DNA of 64,000 nucleotides from contig CM120640.1 of assembly GCA_051362555.1 (NCBI GenBank), positions 18,290,001 through 18,354,000 of the forward strand, read 5' to 3'. This DNA comes from Lingula anatina. Its lineage: Eukaryota; Animalia; Brachiopoda. The notes under the pieces are model-generated. The model was not told the origin of the DNA, ran no database searches, and saw only the letters and a program-made list of their open reading frames with translations. Below, piece after piece: positions 52,286 to 64,000 of the stretch (position 1 is the stretch's first letter; the number at the start of each line of letters is the position of its first letter). Made by a program: the position numbers and the translations under genes.

Positions 52286-52369
52286 GCACTGCGTAAAGCC
52301 ACCGTGCATTTCACTCGTTGGCACATATCTGGAAGAGACGCATCTAAGTTGGCAGCTGCAAAAACTACT

Positions 52370-54532
52370 ATGAAGGGGATAATCCTACTTTGCTCGGTCT
52401 TTCTCATGGTACGTATGCGGTTTACTTGTGTTTTATATTTGATATTAATTGTAGGTCACATTTGGGAAAAAAGTTTTTTTTCAATCACTGTAGATGAGAT
52501 TCCATACAATTTTGATAGTGTAGCGAAGTAGTATGTAACAATGCAAAGAATAGAAGTTTTGCGATATTTGCTAGTTCTATTTCCTAGAAATTAAAGTTTG
52601 ATTATTATTTTTCTTTATTTATTACACGTGTAGTTGCACATTCATGGGTCCTGTTACGGTCATCCAAAAGTAAGACCTACCACTCTTTTGGAAAGTTTGG
52701 AAATCTGGTAATATCCCCCCCCCCCCAAAAAAAAAAATCTTTGATGTTCAACTTTTAGTGAAAAGGTAGAATAACTTTTTAATCAATAACTGCAATTAAA
52801 ATGCTCAAAGAATATGATACTAAATGGCTGTTAAATCATTATATTTTAGGTGGCGTTGGGAAGCGCCCAGTACGGTATGTTGACTAAGATTATATTCTTA
52901 TATTATCCATTTTTATTTTATGCAACAGCGTTACACTTGCCAAAAATACAAGACATGTAAAACCAATGAATAAGGACAGATCCAGGATAAGCAATCTACT
53001 CAATAATCATTAAATAAACCAAATTTTCTTCAGACAGAAATGAGATGTTGGTCATCATTCATAAAAATTTTAGATGAAAATTTGGGGGAGGATGCCTGAA
53101 AACATCTTCTATATTCCAGTTCGTCAGCAACTCCGCATTGTTCCATCGCGAGTGGACACCACAGGTAACGCTGGCGGACCGCAGACCTCATACGAACCAG
53201 AGAACGAGAGGGTGAACGGTAAGTTTAACTGTAATATCTGTTGTCTTTCTTGGCCCTCTGTACAAGAACAAAGGCGGTACATGCGATCAATGCAGTATAG
53301 CACTGTACACATCTGATACATAACCTCAGCAACATGTTGAAAGACGAACTGACACTATTACATGTAAAAGCTGGTGAAATATTTAATACGGGGCTTTCTT
53401 GGGTAGAATGATTTCTTTATAGTTACGACAGCTTTCTGATGTTTAAATTGTGAAATTATTTCTGTGACGTCTATTTGGACTTTGAATTGTTTATCCTCGT
53501 GTACCCTTCTAGGACGCAACGACACAGAGACCGATAACGAAATGTCTGAACTCAAAGGTAAGTCTTAATAGTTTCGAACTGAAGATGGAAACGTTTGGAA
53601 AAATAATACCCCCCCCCAAAAAAAAAAAAAAAAAAAAAAAAAAAAACGGAATCATTTTGTGATAAACTCCTTTGTGACGCCAAGTGGAAATGGCAAATTA
53701 AATCTTTTTATTTTCCCGTCTTTTTTTCACGGAGGAAAATAGAGTGAAATTCTATATCCCGTTTTTATTGCGTTTAACATTAGGCCTTTAAAAGTCACTG
53801 ATATCTAATTTTCAAACTATACTGTTGGTCTCACAAACGTTGCTTATCGAGTTGCACAAACAGTTTTCCTGGTGCCAAGCAAGAGAAATATGACTGGCAT
53901 TTCCTTGTTGCTAAATTACAATAAATGAGAGATATTTCACCAAATGACGTGGTTCAATGTCCTGTTAACAGTTAAACTGATAATTGAAATACAACAGGCC
54001 TCGCATATATGACAGATCAATCGTTTTTGCGAAGTCCTACAACATTTTTGTTACTAGACGTGATCGGGGCTTTGCGATTCAGTTCGTTATATGTACTAAG
54101 GTACTGGTATACTGTATATATGTTTTTAAAACTGCGGTGATGACCAATTTACATCAGAATTGCGAAGAAAAATTGAAACATTTCCAGTGGAATTATCTTA
54201 CAGATGAAGGAGGAAAAGAGGTCGAAGAAAACGAAGCAATGGAGCTGAGAATGGAAATGGCAGCAATGAAGAAACTTGGTCAGTGTCGCTCATACAAAGA
54301 AAAGAAATAAAACATAAACGAGTCATTATACACGAGTTTCTGCATTGCACTTGCATGATTAATCTTGAAAGTAATAACGAATACACTAATTTAAATAAAG
54401 AAAAAATAACTACGATTTATAATGAAGATGATACGAGTTGCTTCCCCATAATTCGGATTTAAGGCAAAACACGTAACCTAATTTTTCTTATATACCTGTG
54501 TAGCTGTGGTGAAAAATAAGATGTTCATGTTG

Positions 54533-54568
<36 letters not shown>

Positions 54569-54722
54569 GTGTGAGCACACTCAAACACACGCTGTTGTGA
54601 ACATTGAAAATCTTGATGTTACAGGTCTTACCATGGATCCAAGAGAGCTGCAGAGGGAGTTGATGGAGGAAAGCCAGGAATCCAGAGACACCAATGCTGG
54701 TCTTGGACCTGCATACCCATAG
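52370..54722 (+). CDS. Orphan acidic secreted protein, 6 exons, 126 aa
   Basis: Exons 52370-52408, 52850-52874, 53120-53218, 53513-53557, 54204-54278 and 54625-54722, all GT-AG, 381 nt with an open frame: MKGIILLCSVFLMVALGSAQYVRQQLRIVPSRVDTTGNAGGPQTSYEPENERVNGRNDTETDNEMSELKDEGGKEVEENEAMELRMEMAAMKKLGLTMDPRELQRELMEESQESRDTNAGLGPAYP. AATAAA at ~54802 and ~54878. Confidence 0.82.
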
Positions 54723-55786
54723 TGACCCTCCTGAACACCTTCTCCTATCTAGTGGGATGCCTCCCACTGAATTTTTTACAAACCGAAACTTTTCTTTGAC
54801 AATAAATTGTTTTTTTTTTTGTAGTTTGCAATTCATGTTTTTTTTTCAAAATTGACAGAACAATTAAGAGTTCAAACAATAAAGAGTTCAAACAAAAATA
54901 TGTTATCTTATTTTTAATGAGTATGTTGAACTTTTGTCATAAACTAACTGCTAAGATTTTCTTTTGTGTAAATATCTTGACGTAAAGTTAGCCCCAGCAT
55001 ACGCATTAAGGTTAAACTTTAAGTTCCCATTTTAAATTAATCTAAAGAACCTGGGCTACAGATTGATTTTGCACTAGATATTTACAGACAATTCCTTTGG
55101 GTACCTCTGTGCACATTTTTGTACTGTGACCAGTTGGAATTTTTGCCCAGAATTGACATTATCACTCAGCTAGACTCTGGTAGAGAGAGTTATTATACAG
55201 GCATAATGTTCCCACCTCTACATTTAAACAGATAATTTTCAATAGTTCTTTGAAAACATTACCTCAATATACTAAACTTAGCTTCATGATTTTAAAATAA
55301 AATCAGTGGATACAATATGCAACCATATCATGCATTACTGTTTGCCCTTCACAACCTTGATATACCTTTGTAGTCAAAACACCAAAAACATAATATGCTT
55401 ATCAAAATTAACAATTTCTTGGTGAAAAATCAATTACAGGCAGGCAAAGCCAACAAGTTAAAACTTTCTATTAAAAATTGCACAAGATACTATAATTCAC
55501 CATACTTTCATCATACTTGGTCCAATGAAACAGTGTTCTGTTATTAACATTATACCACTGCTGGACAAAATTGGAGGAGTTCAGTATATTGTTCATGAAA
55601 GGTGACACAATGCAAACTAAAAATCACTCATCTTCAGTGAAATATCATAATTAACAATCTCTCTTTCTCTTACTTCAGTATTCTCTCTCTCTCTCCTCTC
55701 TCATGCACACAAACACAAAATAGTGGGTATCATAAAACATACACATACAGTCACTGTTTATGGCAATGTCAAAGCAATGGATAAGG

Positions 55787-57998
55787 CTAATAATCTGAAT
55801 CCTTGATGCACTGTTCAACTAGCTCTTTCAAGTTTGGGTTCTCCATCGCTGCTGCTACTCTCTCCTTGTCATTAATCTGCTTCATTGCTGGAAGAGAGCA
55901 CAATCAATGGCATCAAAAATGTCACATCTAACACAATCTGCTGTATTCTGGCATCAGTCACTGACACAATATATGTACCAATTACAAGACCAAAGCTTGA
56001 ATAAAGGTACTATATCAAACACTGCACAGCATAGCATAAATGTATTCAATAAAGAGAAGTTTTCTAAATATCTTAAATTTATCTTCTGCGAAAAACAAGC
56101 GAAGAAAGTTAGGACTTACTGTCTTCTCTTGTGGAATGAGAGCCTTCAGTTATTACTATGTCCAACTGTAATAATGATATTAATAATTATAAAAAAATAA
56201 TAATGGTGGTAAAAATCTAAAAAAATATCACTGATCTTGCCAAATTGCAGATTGACGTTTAAACAATCTGGTATGGGATTTATCTTATTACAGTACACCT
56301 CCATGTATAAAAAATCAAAACAAGAAGTTAAAATTAAACTGCTTAAAAATGTTTATCATCTAGCACTGCTATCAGTTACAGAACCTTGAAAGTTTGGACA
56401 CATAGCAACTGAGTTTTGTTGCACTAAACAAACAAACAAAAAATCTATTAGCCATTAGAAATTAGTTTCTAAAACTGACATTTAAAATATTAAAATACCT
56501 TATGTTTATATGGCAGTGACCTCTCAAGTTTTACTCTGATGCAAAGTCCTGAAATCAAAATTTGTGTAAGTAATTTCAATTTACACTATAAGGACAGCAG
56601 TGCAGTTTTTTTATATAGGTTAATATATATACTGACATTTGATAGGTAATCTGTTGTTTATTCACTTACTTAGGAATAGTAAAAACTGTATGAATAAAAA
56701 GTTTAATGAAGGAAAATTTTGAATGAGATGGCATTTTGTTTAACATGAATACTGAATCACATCAACTGGTAGTCAAACAAGTTACATTTTTCAATGATAT
56801 GGTCAAAAACTTGAAAGAAGATTGACAGCCATCTTCAAACTGAAGAACGGTTGGTAAATGACATACACACCCACACACACAATTATATAGTTAAAAATTA
56901 AAATGCCTACATAAAAAGAAAAAACACTGAAATTTAATCAAATGGGCAAATAATCTACAAAACTGTATTACAACTGCAGGATATGACCAATAACACTCTT
57001 TAGCATGTGTTGCCCTCAAGGTACATGTATACCTATAAGTGTTGCAAGGGAGCACTGAGGCACAGTTGGAGTAAACTGAATTCTTATCAGGTAAGTCTCA
57101 TTGTTATGAAATGGCTCCACTGTGATTCCCTCCTCTGATACAACATTTAACTCTTCCAAGGTCTCTGGTTTCTCAGGATCATGAATGTCTTTGATGATAT
57201 CTGTAAATGCAATAATTAGTTACTAATTATTTTCCTACAGTCTAAAAACAGAAGTACCTTTTGTCCTGCCCTAGTAACAGCATATGTGCAATATGCCCGA
57301 ACCTTAAACACATACAAGAATTTTGATTTTTGATGTTGGTTTTCTAAATTCAGTTTAATTTTGGATGTTTTTGAAAATCCATATGTTACTTTTTTATTTG
57401 TTTGTACCAATTTTTTTATGTTCACCAATGAAAGAGAATTCCCATTAGATATTTGATGAGGATTGAAGTTTTTTTTTTTTTTTTTGTAAAAACTTATAAA
57501 TATCATTAATCTAATTTCCTTTGTAATTCATGTGAATGACAGAGACATTGATCAAAGTTACTCTATCAAATTTTAAAAGAAAAGCATGGGAATCAATAGC
57601 TTAGAAGGTTATAATATGCTGTATAAACTACATGCAGCACAAAGATAAGTTACAATCATCAGCAATTTGTGCATTCACTGTGGCGTAGCTTACTTGTAAA
57701 CCATTATTAGTCGTTAACTTCGTTAACTACTCAGTAAAACCAGTAAATATCTTGTTTGGCATTTGTCTGCGGCATATGGAATGATACATTATTAGATTCA
57801 CTGCGGCAATGTCAAACATGTAACATGCAACTGATGAACCTTGATAATGATACGATCATTTTAATCTTTTTTTTTTTTTTGTAATTTTCACCCTGATAAG
57901 GTGATAGCCTTACCGTACACATCTTCAGCCAGTCCAACCAAATCCAATGCTTCTATACCCTTTTCCGCACCACTAACATCAATCAAAGCACTAGACAT
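55787..57998 (-). CDS. CIAO2A: Cytosolic iron-sulfur assembly component 2A (FAM96A, MIP18 family), 5 exons, 149 aa
   Basis: Exons 57914-57998, 57033-57200, 56499-56548, 56120-56165 and 55787-55887 (450 nt). [92 protein letters not shown] and AAAMENPNL favour CIAO2A over CIAO2B. Confidence 0.94.
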
Positions 57999-58156
57999 CG
58001 TCCTACATTTTAATTGATAAAAAATCAAAGTAATTACTGTAGAAGTGACTCTGTAGGATACCTTCGAAATCGCTCTTCTTTGTTTGAAGGTATTATATGG
58101 TGTGTTGTCATTTTCAAATCTCCAAACTGTAAAGAGTAGACGCAGACAAGAGCAGA
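57999..58156. promoter_or_regulatory. Putative bidirectional promoter shared by CIAO2A and ARL14EP
   Basis: 158 bp between the divergent predicted ATGs. Confidence 0.6.
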
Positions 58157-58472
58157 ATGAGTCTTTTACCTGATCAATCGACAGGTGAAAACTCCAACCT
58201 CTCAAGCATTTCTGCATCTCGTCAGTCGGAGTCCGGATCTTCAACAGCAGGAGGTTTTGACGCCAATACACTGGTGGGTTGATGTAATATTGAAAATGAG
58301 AAACTTGATGCATCAATCCACGCGTGGATGTCACCTTGATTGGTTAATGAAAACCTGGTTAATGAACCTAAAAACCACAGAAAACGACATTAGAATTTCA
58401 TTTTAGTCTACCATAACTTAAAAAACGATCAAAATTATTTTAAACTAATTTAATAAAAAAAAAATAAACTAA

Positions 58473-58556
<84 letters not shown>

Positions 58557-60427
58557 ATAAATTAAGTCATAAAATCAATGTAGCTTTTAAGTTCTAGAAC
58601 AAAAAATAAGCGATGAAAATCTTATTAAAAAACTAACAGATATTAGATCATCTTCAAGCCAAGTACTTAATATCCTGGGGTACATCTCATTCAGTTCTGA
58701 TTTGCTTAATTTTTTCAGAGCAAAAAGAACTGAAATAACATGGGTAGATCTAGGATTGGGCGTATACGCAAATTTGCTTGGAAAAAAAGGAAGAGTGAAC
58801 GAGTTTGTATATTTATATGCATTTATATGAACTCTGAAATAGTACCATGAGTACAGCTACAAAATCTACATTAATTTTTAGAAATTGCATGTTTATCTAT
58901 TTACTTTGTGATTATTTGTAATGGAGTGCATAATTTTGCATAATTATGGACTTAAGTAGCTGTTTTACTATAATTACAACCACTTCCAGAAATGCTGTAT
59001 ACAAGAGTATATGTAAAGTGAACACATATTTGTTTGCTTTGCTTAGTGTAGTGTTTTTCTTATGTACTTAAAAGCGTGCTGATCAAATATACATTGTAAC
59101 ATATAACAATGCAAAGTGCAAAATTCACTACCTCTCTCCAAGTTTTTAGGTATGATTGTTTAAGTTACACATTCGAAACTTTTTGCATTTTTCTTTATCC
59201 ACATATCCTGCATAGCTAGTTAAGCAATGTCAAGCAATGATTCTTGAGTAGTAGAAAATTGCCTTTTCCAGAGGAAAATTCTTTACATATTTCATCACAT
59301 TTTTTGCCATATAGCTCCATGTGTAATCAGTAATTTTAATATTATTTGAATAAAAATTGAGAGCTTTCTTATATAATTGGTTTTTGATGGTACTTTGTAG
59401 TACTTGTATTATTTCTGACTGATCATATATGATGGTACTTTGTAGTACTTGTATTATTTCTGACTGATCATATATAAATATTACAGTACTATGTAGTAGA
59501 TAGTAGTCACATACTGCAGAAGTGCATAGTTAAAATGTAATTTTTTGCCAATCTTATAAAATATTTTGAAGCTTTCATATGAGCACAGTTGTGATCTCAG
59601 TGTATTCCTTAAAAAGGGTACTAGTATTTCATTTTTGCCCTTATTTGGACAAATTTGAAGTCACTTGAGTAAATGAAATCTGATAAAAAGATAAGGTACG
59701 GTCCTTCTGTTTATTATTTAGGTTTCTTCTATTTATAATTCAACTGATTATAGTAGTGATGAATAATACCCGTTAAATAAAAACTGTACCATTCCCACAT
59801 GGCCTCATTAAACCGAATCATGCGTGAGAGATCATGGTTAATATCACTCTCTGTTGTTGACTTTTCCACAGATTCTGAGGATGAAAACTCAATGTATCCA
59901 GCCTCTTTATCTACTTTACTGTTGCACTTTGTAACATCATCTTCCGTGAGAATATCATCAAAGTAATCGCCATCTTTTAAATCTTGTAGGCACTACCTAA
60001 GGGAGTGCTTTAGATATCCCTCAGCCCAGAAACATCACCATACCGGAAATAAAAAAATTGTCCCGGGTAATTAGCACTGCATGACCATTCCTTCCCATCC
60101 CTTGGTTTTGTATTAAATATAAAAAGTTAACTGTGTAATTTTACAATCACTTTTTCACTCATAAAATCAAATTGAAGCTAATCTTTAAGTTTTTTACGTA
60201 GGACAGCAGCAATTTGTGTGCCGTGTGTGGTAAAGTTGCCGATGAGAACAGAAGGGTGATCACTGCAGAGTACTGGAGAGAAATAAGGCAGTTGTTTCCA
60301 GGGAAAGAAAACACAGAAATCTCAAGCAGACAGAGTTTGATATGTACAGAGTGCCATGTGGCCTGCTGTAGAAAGCGTGAAAAGGACAGACATTCCCCCA
60401 TGGTGGTAGATGGTGAAGATGGAGTAA

Positions 60428-60502
<75 letters not shown>

Positions 60503-61395
60503 TTTTTTTATTATTGATTTATTCAAGGGATATCACTTTTTTTTTTGCTTTTATGTCAAAAACATTATATAATTTTTTTTTCATAACATGTTGAAATTAA
60601 TAGCTGTTCTCCAATAATGGGGCATCCTTATACGCTAACAGTCATGGAGCTAGAGTGAACAAAAAAAAAAAGGGCTTTGTATTGGGTATACATCCTGAGT
60701 TTACAACTTAGTAGAGTAATTGTGCAGATGCATGGATGTTTTCAATCGTATTTTTTAAAAATTTCAGTGTCCTAATCCCTTGATGAGGTTTTTTAATGTT
60801 AATACAAAGTAACAAAGAGCCTATGATCATCAATTTTTTAAGTCAAGTGATTGCAAAAGGGCTGTCAAAAGTTAACATTTTCTGACATGGAATAAACAAA
60901 CAGTTTTTTGTGTTTAGATATATAGCTCATAAACATGGATCATAAACATGGATCATTGGTATTATTCTATTCAGGACAAAGTGAAGCATCTAAGAATGCT
61001 GGCGTTTGTGAATCCTGGTAAATTCATGGAGGATTTTGATCCAGAAAAAAGTGCTAGAGAAATGAGGAAGATGAACCGAAGAATATACAGAGATAAGTAT
61101 GTAACAACTGACACATTTAAGGCAGGGTAACAACTAGAACAATTTGATATGTCATAGCTACAAATGACTTGATTTTTCAAAATCGTGTTCTTTTTTATGA
61201 TTTGGTTAATTACTAAACAATAATATCATTTTTAGATAAGTTGTTATGTTGGAAGCTGTCACTTTTTTGCTTGTTAGAAAATATAATACCTCAAAAAGTG
61301 TTTTAAATCTCTGTTGAACATAATTTGCACTTTCTCTTTATAATGTTAGTCACAATATTTATATGCTAGCCTTTAGGAGAAATTACTTGGTGCTT

Positions 61396-61445
<50 letters not shown>

Positions 61446-61796
61446 ATTAAGCTGGCCATAGACAAACATTAGAATATGAAACTGTTTTGGGTGTCAAAGG
61501 AGGAAAAGTTTTTTGGCAACATCTTAATTACAAAAATACAGAGAACCTATACACCTGTTTGTTTTAGCTTTAAGAAGAACCAGTTGTATGATGACACGGG
61601 TCGTTACATAGATGACAGCAGTGACCTGTGTGACTGTCTTGACGTAGAGTGTCCAGGCTGTCACTTCCCGTGTGCCAAGTGTGGCTCGGAGAAATGTGGG
61701 GCAGACTGCAGATGTAACAGAAAGTGGGTGTATGAACAGGTGGAGATCGAAGGAGCCGGACTTGCATTCCGATTCCAGCAAGGATTTCCTACTTGA
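58157..61796 (+). CDS. ARL14EP: ARL14 effector protein (ARF7EP), 4 exons, about 229 aa
   Basis: Exons 58157-58273, 60202-60423, 60975-61096 and 61568-61796 (690 nt). LRMLAFVNPG..FDPEKSAREMRKM and the Cys-rich C-terminal domain LYDDTGR..DLCDCLDVECPGCHFPCAKCGSEKCGADCRCNRKWVYEQVEIEG. The first exon is less certain. Confidence 0.9.
58478..58553. repeat. (TA)n microsatellite
   Basis: Read directly from the sequence. Confidence 0.95.
59386..59475. repeat. Perfect 45-bp tandem duplication
   Basis: GATGGTACTTTGTAGTACTTGTATTATTTCTGACTGATCATATAT twice. Confidence 0.95.
60429..60500. repeat. (TTA)n microsatellite just after an ARL14EP splice donor
   Basis: Read directly; it explains the poly-Tyr and poly-Asn ORF tails. 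Confidence 0.95.
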
Positions 61797-64000
61797 TGAC
61801 TACTGCAATGTTTTATGAACTGTCACATCTGACAGAACTGCAGTTGGTTTTTAGCTTCAAGATGAACAGAAGGAAAGAGGTCATCAAAACAGGAATTGGG
61901 TTTAAGTTTAAGATGAGCAGAAGGAAAGGTTGTTAATATATATTCAGATTCCAGTGAGAATAGTTTTTATTTCCTTCTTGGTTTACCTCTGCCATGGATA
62001 ACATGGTGAAACAACCAATGCAACCAAGATTCAGAGTAATAATAAAAGAGTGAGATAGGTAAGATTATGGAGAAGAGAAGTGACAGTCATATTTTTGTAG
62101 GGACAGCAAGGATCTTCATTTTAATGAATTCTCTCAGTTCTGTTTGCATTCAATTTGGTTTCAGTATGAGATTACCAGATCAGAATAGAATGGAAATTAA
62201 GGATTCAATTACTTGTTCTCTTGGTTCTAACATTGCTTGCACATTATGTATGTGTATTTCCAAATTAAAATTGGTTGTTGTTATTCTTATTCACCAGAAT
62301 GTTGCCAAATATGAAAAAAAAAAAAAAAGAATCAAATCAAAATGTTGTTCTTGTTAAGAATGATTGTTAAGTTTGTATCTAGGGAGGACTTGGTTGCCAA
62401 AACAGTCACAAATGAAGTATTATTTTTCTAATCAGCAAGGAAATAAATCTGCCAACAGGTGATTATTTAATAATTAGAGTAGTGATTGTTTATAACCCGT
62501 GCTATCATTAAGTATGAAGAAGCCATGACCTATTGAAATTGATATTGAACTGTTGATAAATATCTGAATAGGACAAATCTGGTGATATGTTTTCTCATTC
62601 AAACAAGGAATACTTTAAGAAAGGCTATCAGTAAGAAGAACAATTGATTATCTGTTTTTTTTTTTCTGTAGAAAGAAATGAGTGATGACTGTAATCTTGC
62701 CATTCATCTCACTTATCATGTTTTGATGGCATTTCTCCAGGTTCTTGGAAGTAAGTTGTTTTTCACCTGGATTGCTCTTGGGTTGTACAGACTTCTACTT
62801 TGTTAGAGTTTTTACCTTAAAATTTGGAATTTCCTGGATGGTGTCACAGAACATTGGGGATTATTTAATAAACTGGGTGTTTACTAAACCAGAGTGTTTG
62901 CTTGTTTGTTTGTTTTTTCATTCAGTTTTCCTTTTATATCCAGTTGAAGGAATGGAATAAACCATATTAAATTTTTGCTTACAATTAGGAATTTTTGGAT
63001 GGTGAAGCAAAGCATTATGCTGATAGCTATACTGGATTTTTACTAAATTTAGTACTTTGTTATTCATCTCTTATTTAGTGAAGAAAAACCAAATATTACA
63101 TATTTTTCATGCAACTTTCATTTTATTATTTAAAAAATGGACTTTATTACACCATATTTCATTTACTATTCCAGTATGATTGTTATGTTGGCATTTCTTT
63201 TTATTTACATCAAAAATCCAATTTTTTTCTCATCGGTTTTCCACCTTAAGTGGCCCATGAGACCTGGTCAACACCAGCAAGTCCTTTCTTCATACTTTTT
63301 TCTTACAATTTTAAATCATGTTCTGGACAACTAGTACATGGTATCATATATGTCACATGCACAGATGTATTTATCAATCATGAATTTCATACTGCAAATG
63401 TAAGTCTGTCTTTCTCAGCAAGCTGTCACAACAAATACATGGACATGCCCAACACAATATAGATATTTAAAGAATTGATGACCGCATCAGAAAAGGGTTT
63501 AAGCATTTAAAACATAAGAATATATTTTTCAACCTTCTCCAGACAACACTGCTTTTATAATTTATGTAAAAATCTCTATATATTTCCATCAATTTTGAGA
63601 ATAGCACTGCTAATGTCTCACCTGTCAATAGTAAGCCTATATGATAAATATATTTTGGGGAAAATATTATCTTTTCACTGCATTTTGGATATACTGACAG
63701 TTAATAAATAAAAGTTAATGTTATGTGATTTTTATATCTGGGTGATGCACATTGGTGATGCAAAGCTTTTAATATTCATAATATGAAATTGAAATTCAAG
63801 GTACAAATAGTTGTGTATCAGGGAATTCTTTGGCTTTGAATATATCTGTCTTTAGTCCATTAATACATATCACTGATTGTTTAAATTAGAAAAGAGATGA
63901 AATAGATATAAAATCAAAATATTAATAAATACATTAAATACACATGTACAATATGTCACACAGCTTAAAAGATAAATTTGTATTTGAAAATTAAGTTAAT

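Noticed and set aside
57888-58334. 148-aa minus-strand ORF as an N-terminally extended CIAO2A
   Set aside because: The upstream part is antisense to ARL14EP exon 1 and lacks similarity. The ATG at 57998 gives a normal-length 149-aa protein.
1-64000. tRNA, rRNA or snoRNA genes
   Set aside because: None recognised by eye; a tRNAscan-SE or Infernal search would be needed to exclude intronic small RNAs.

Overview
AT-rich, intron-containing animal genomic DNA. The repeat types suggest a marine invertebrate, probably a mollusc or other lophotrochozoan (inference). I built seven spliced gene models by hand: DEPDC5 (minus strand, about 39 coding exons, 616-28170), head-to-head with MRPL16 (28421-31056); a Neto-like CUB-CUB-LDLa-TM membrane protein (31509-38390, minus); two divergently oriented orphan secreted-protein genes (40757-41254 minus; 52370-54722 plus, six exons); and CIAO2A/FAM96A (55787-57998, minus), head-to-head with ARL14EP (58157-61796). 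The 8.1-kb DEPDC5 intron (6644-14748) is a nest of mobile DNA. It holds a 3.9-kb element with perfect 31-bp TIRs and a 7-bp TSD (P-superfamily-like) carrying decayed convergent gene remnants. That element is inserted into a Helentron-associated (HINE/pearl-like) element with 161-bp core repeats, and an empty-site paralog lies 1.3 kb away. Also present: a Tc1 deletion derivative, several MITEs, a short Helentron element resembling ones I recall from fish and amphioxus, small tandem duplications, and a visible CpG-poor versus CpG-rich mosaic. All identifications rest on manual translation and recalled family knowledge; no searches were run.
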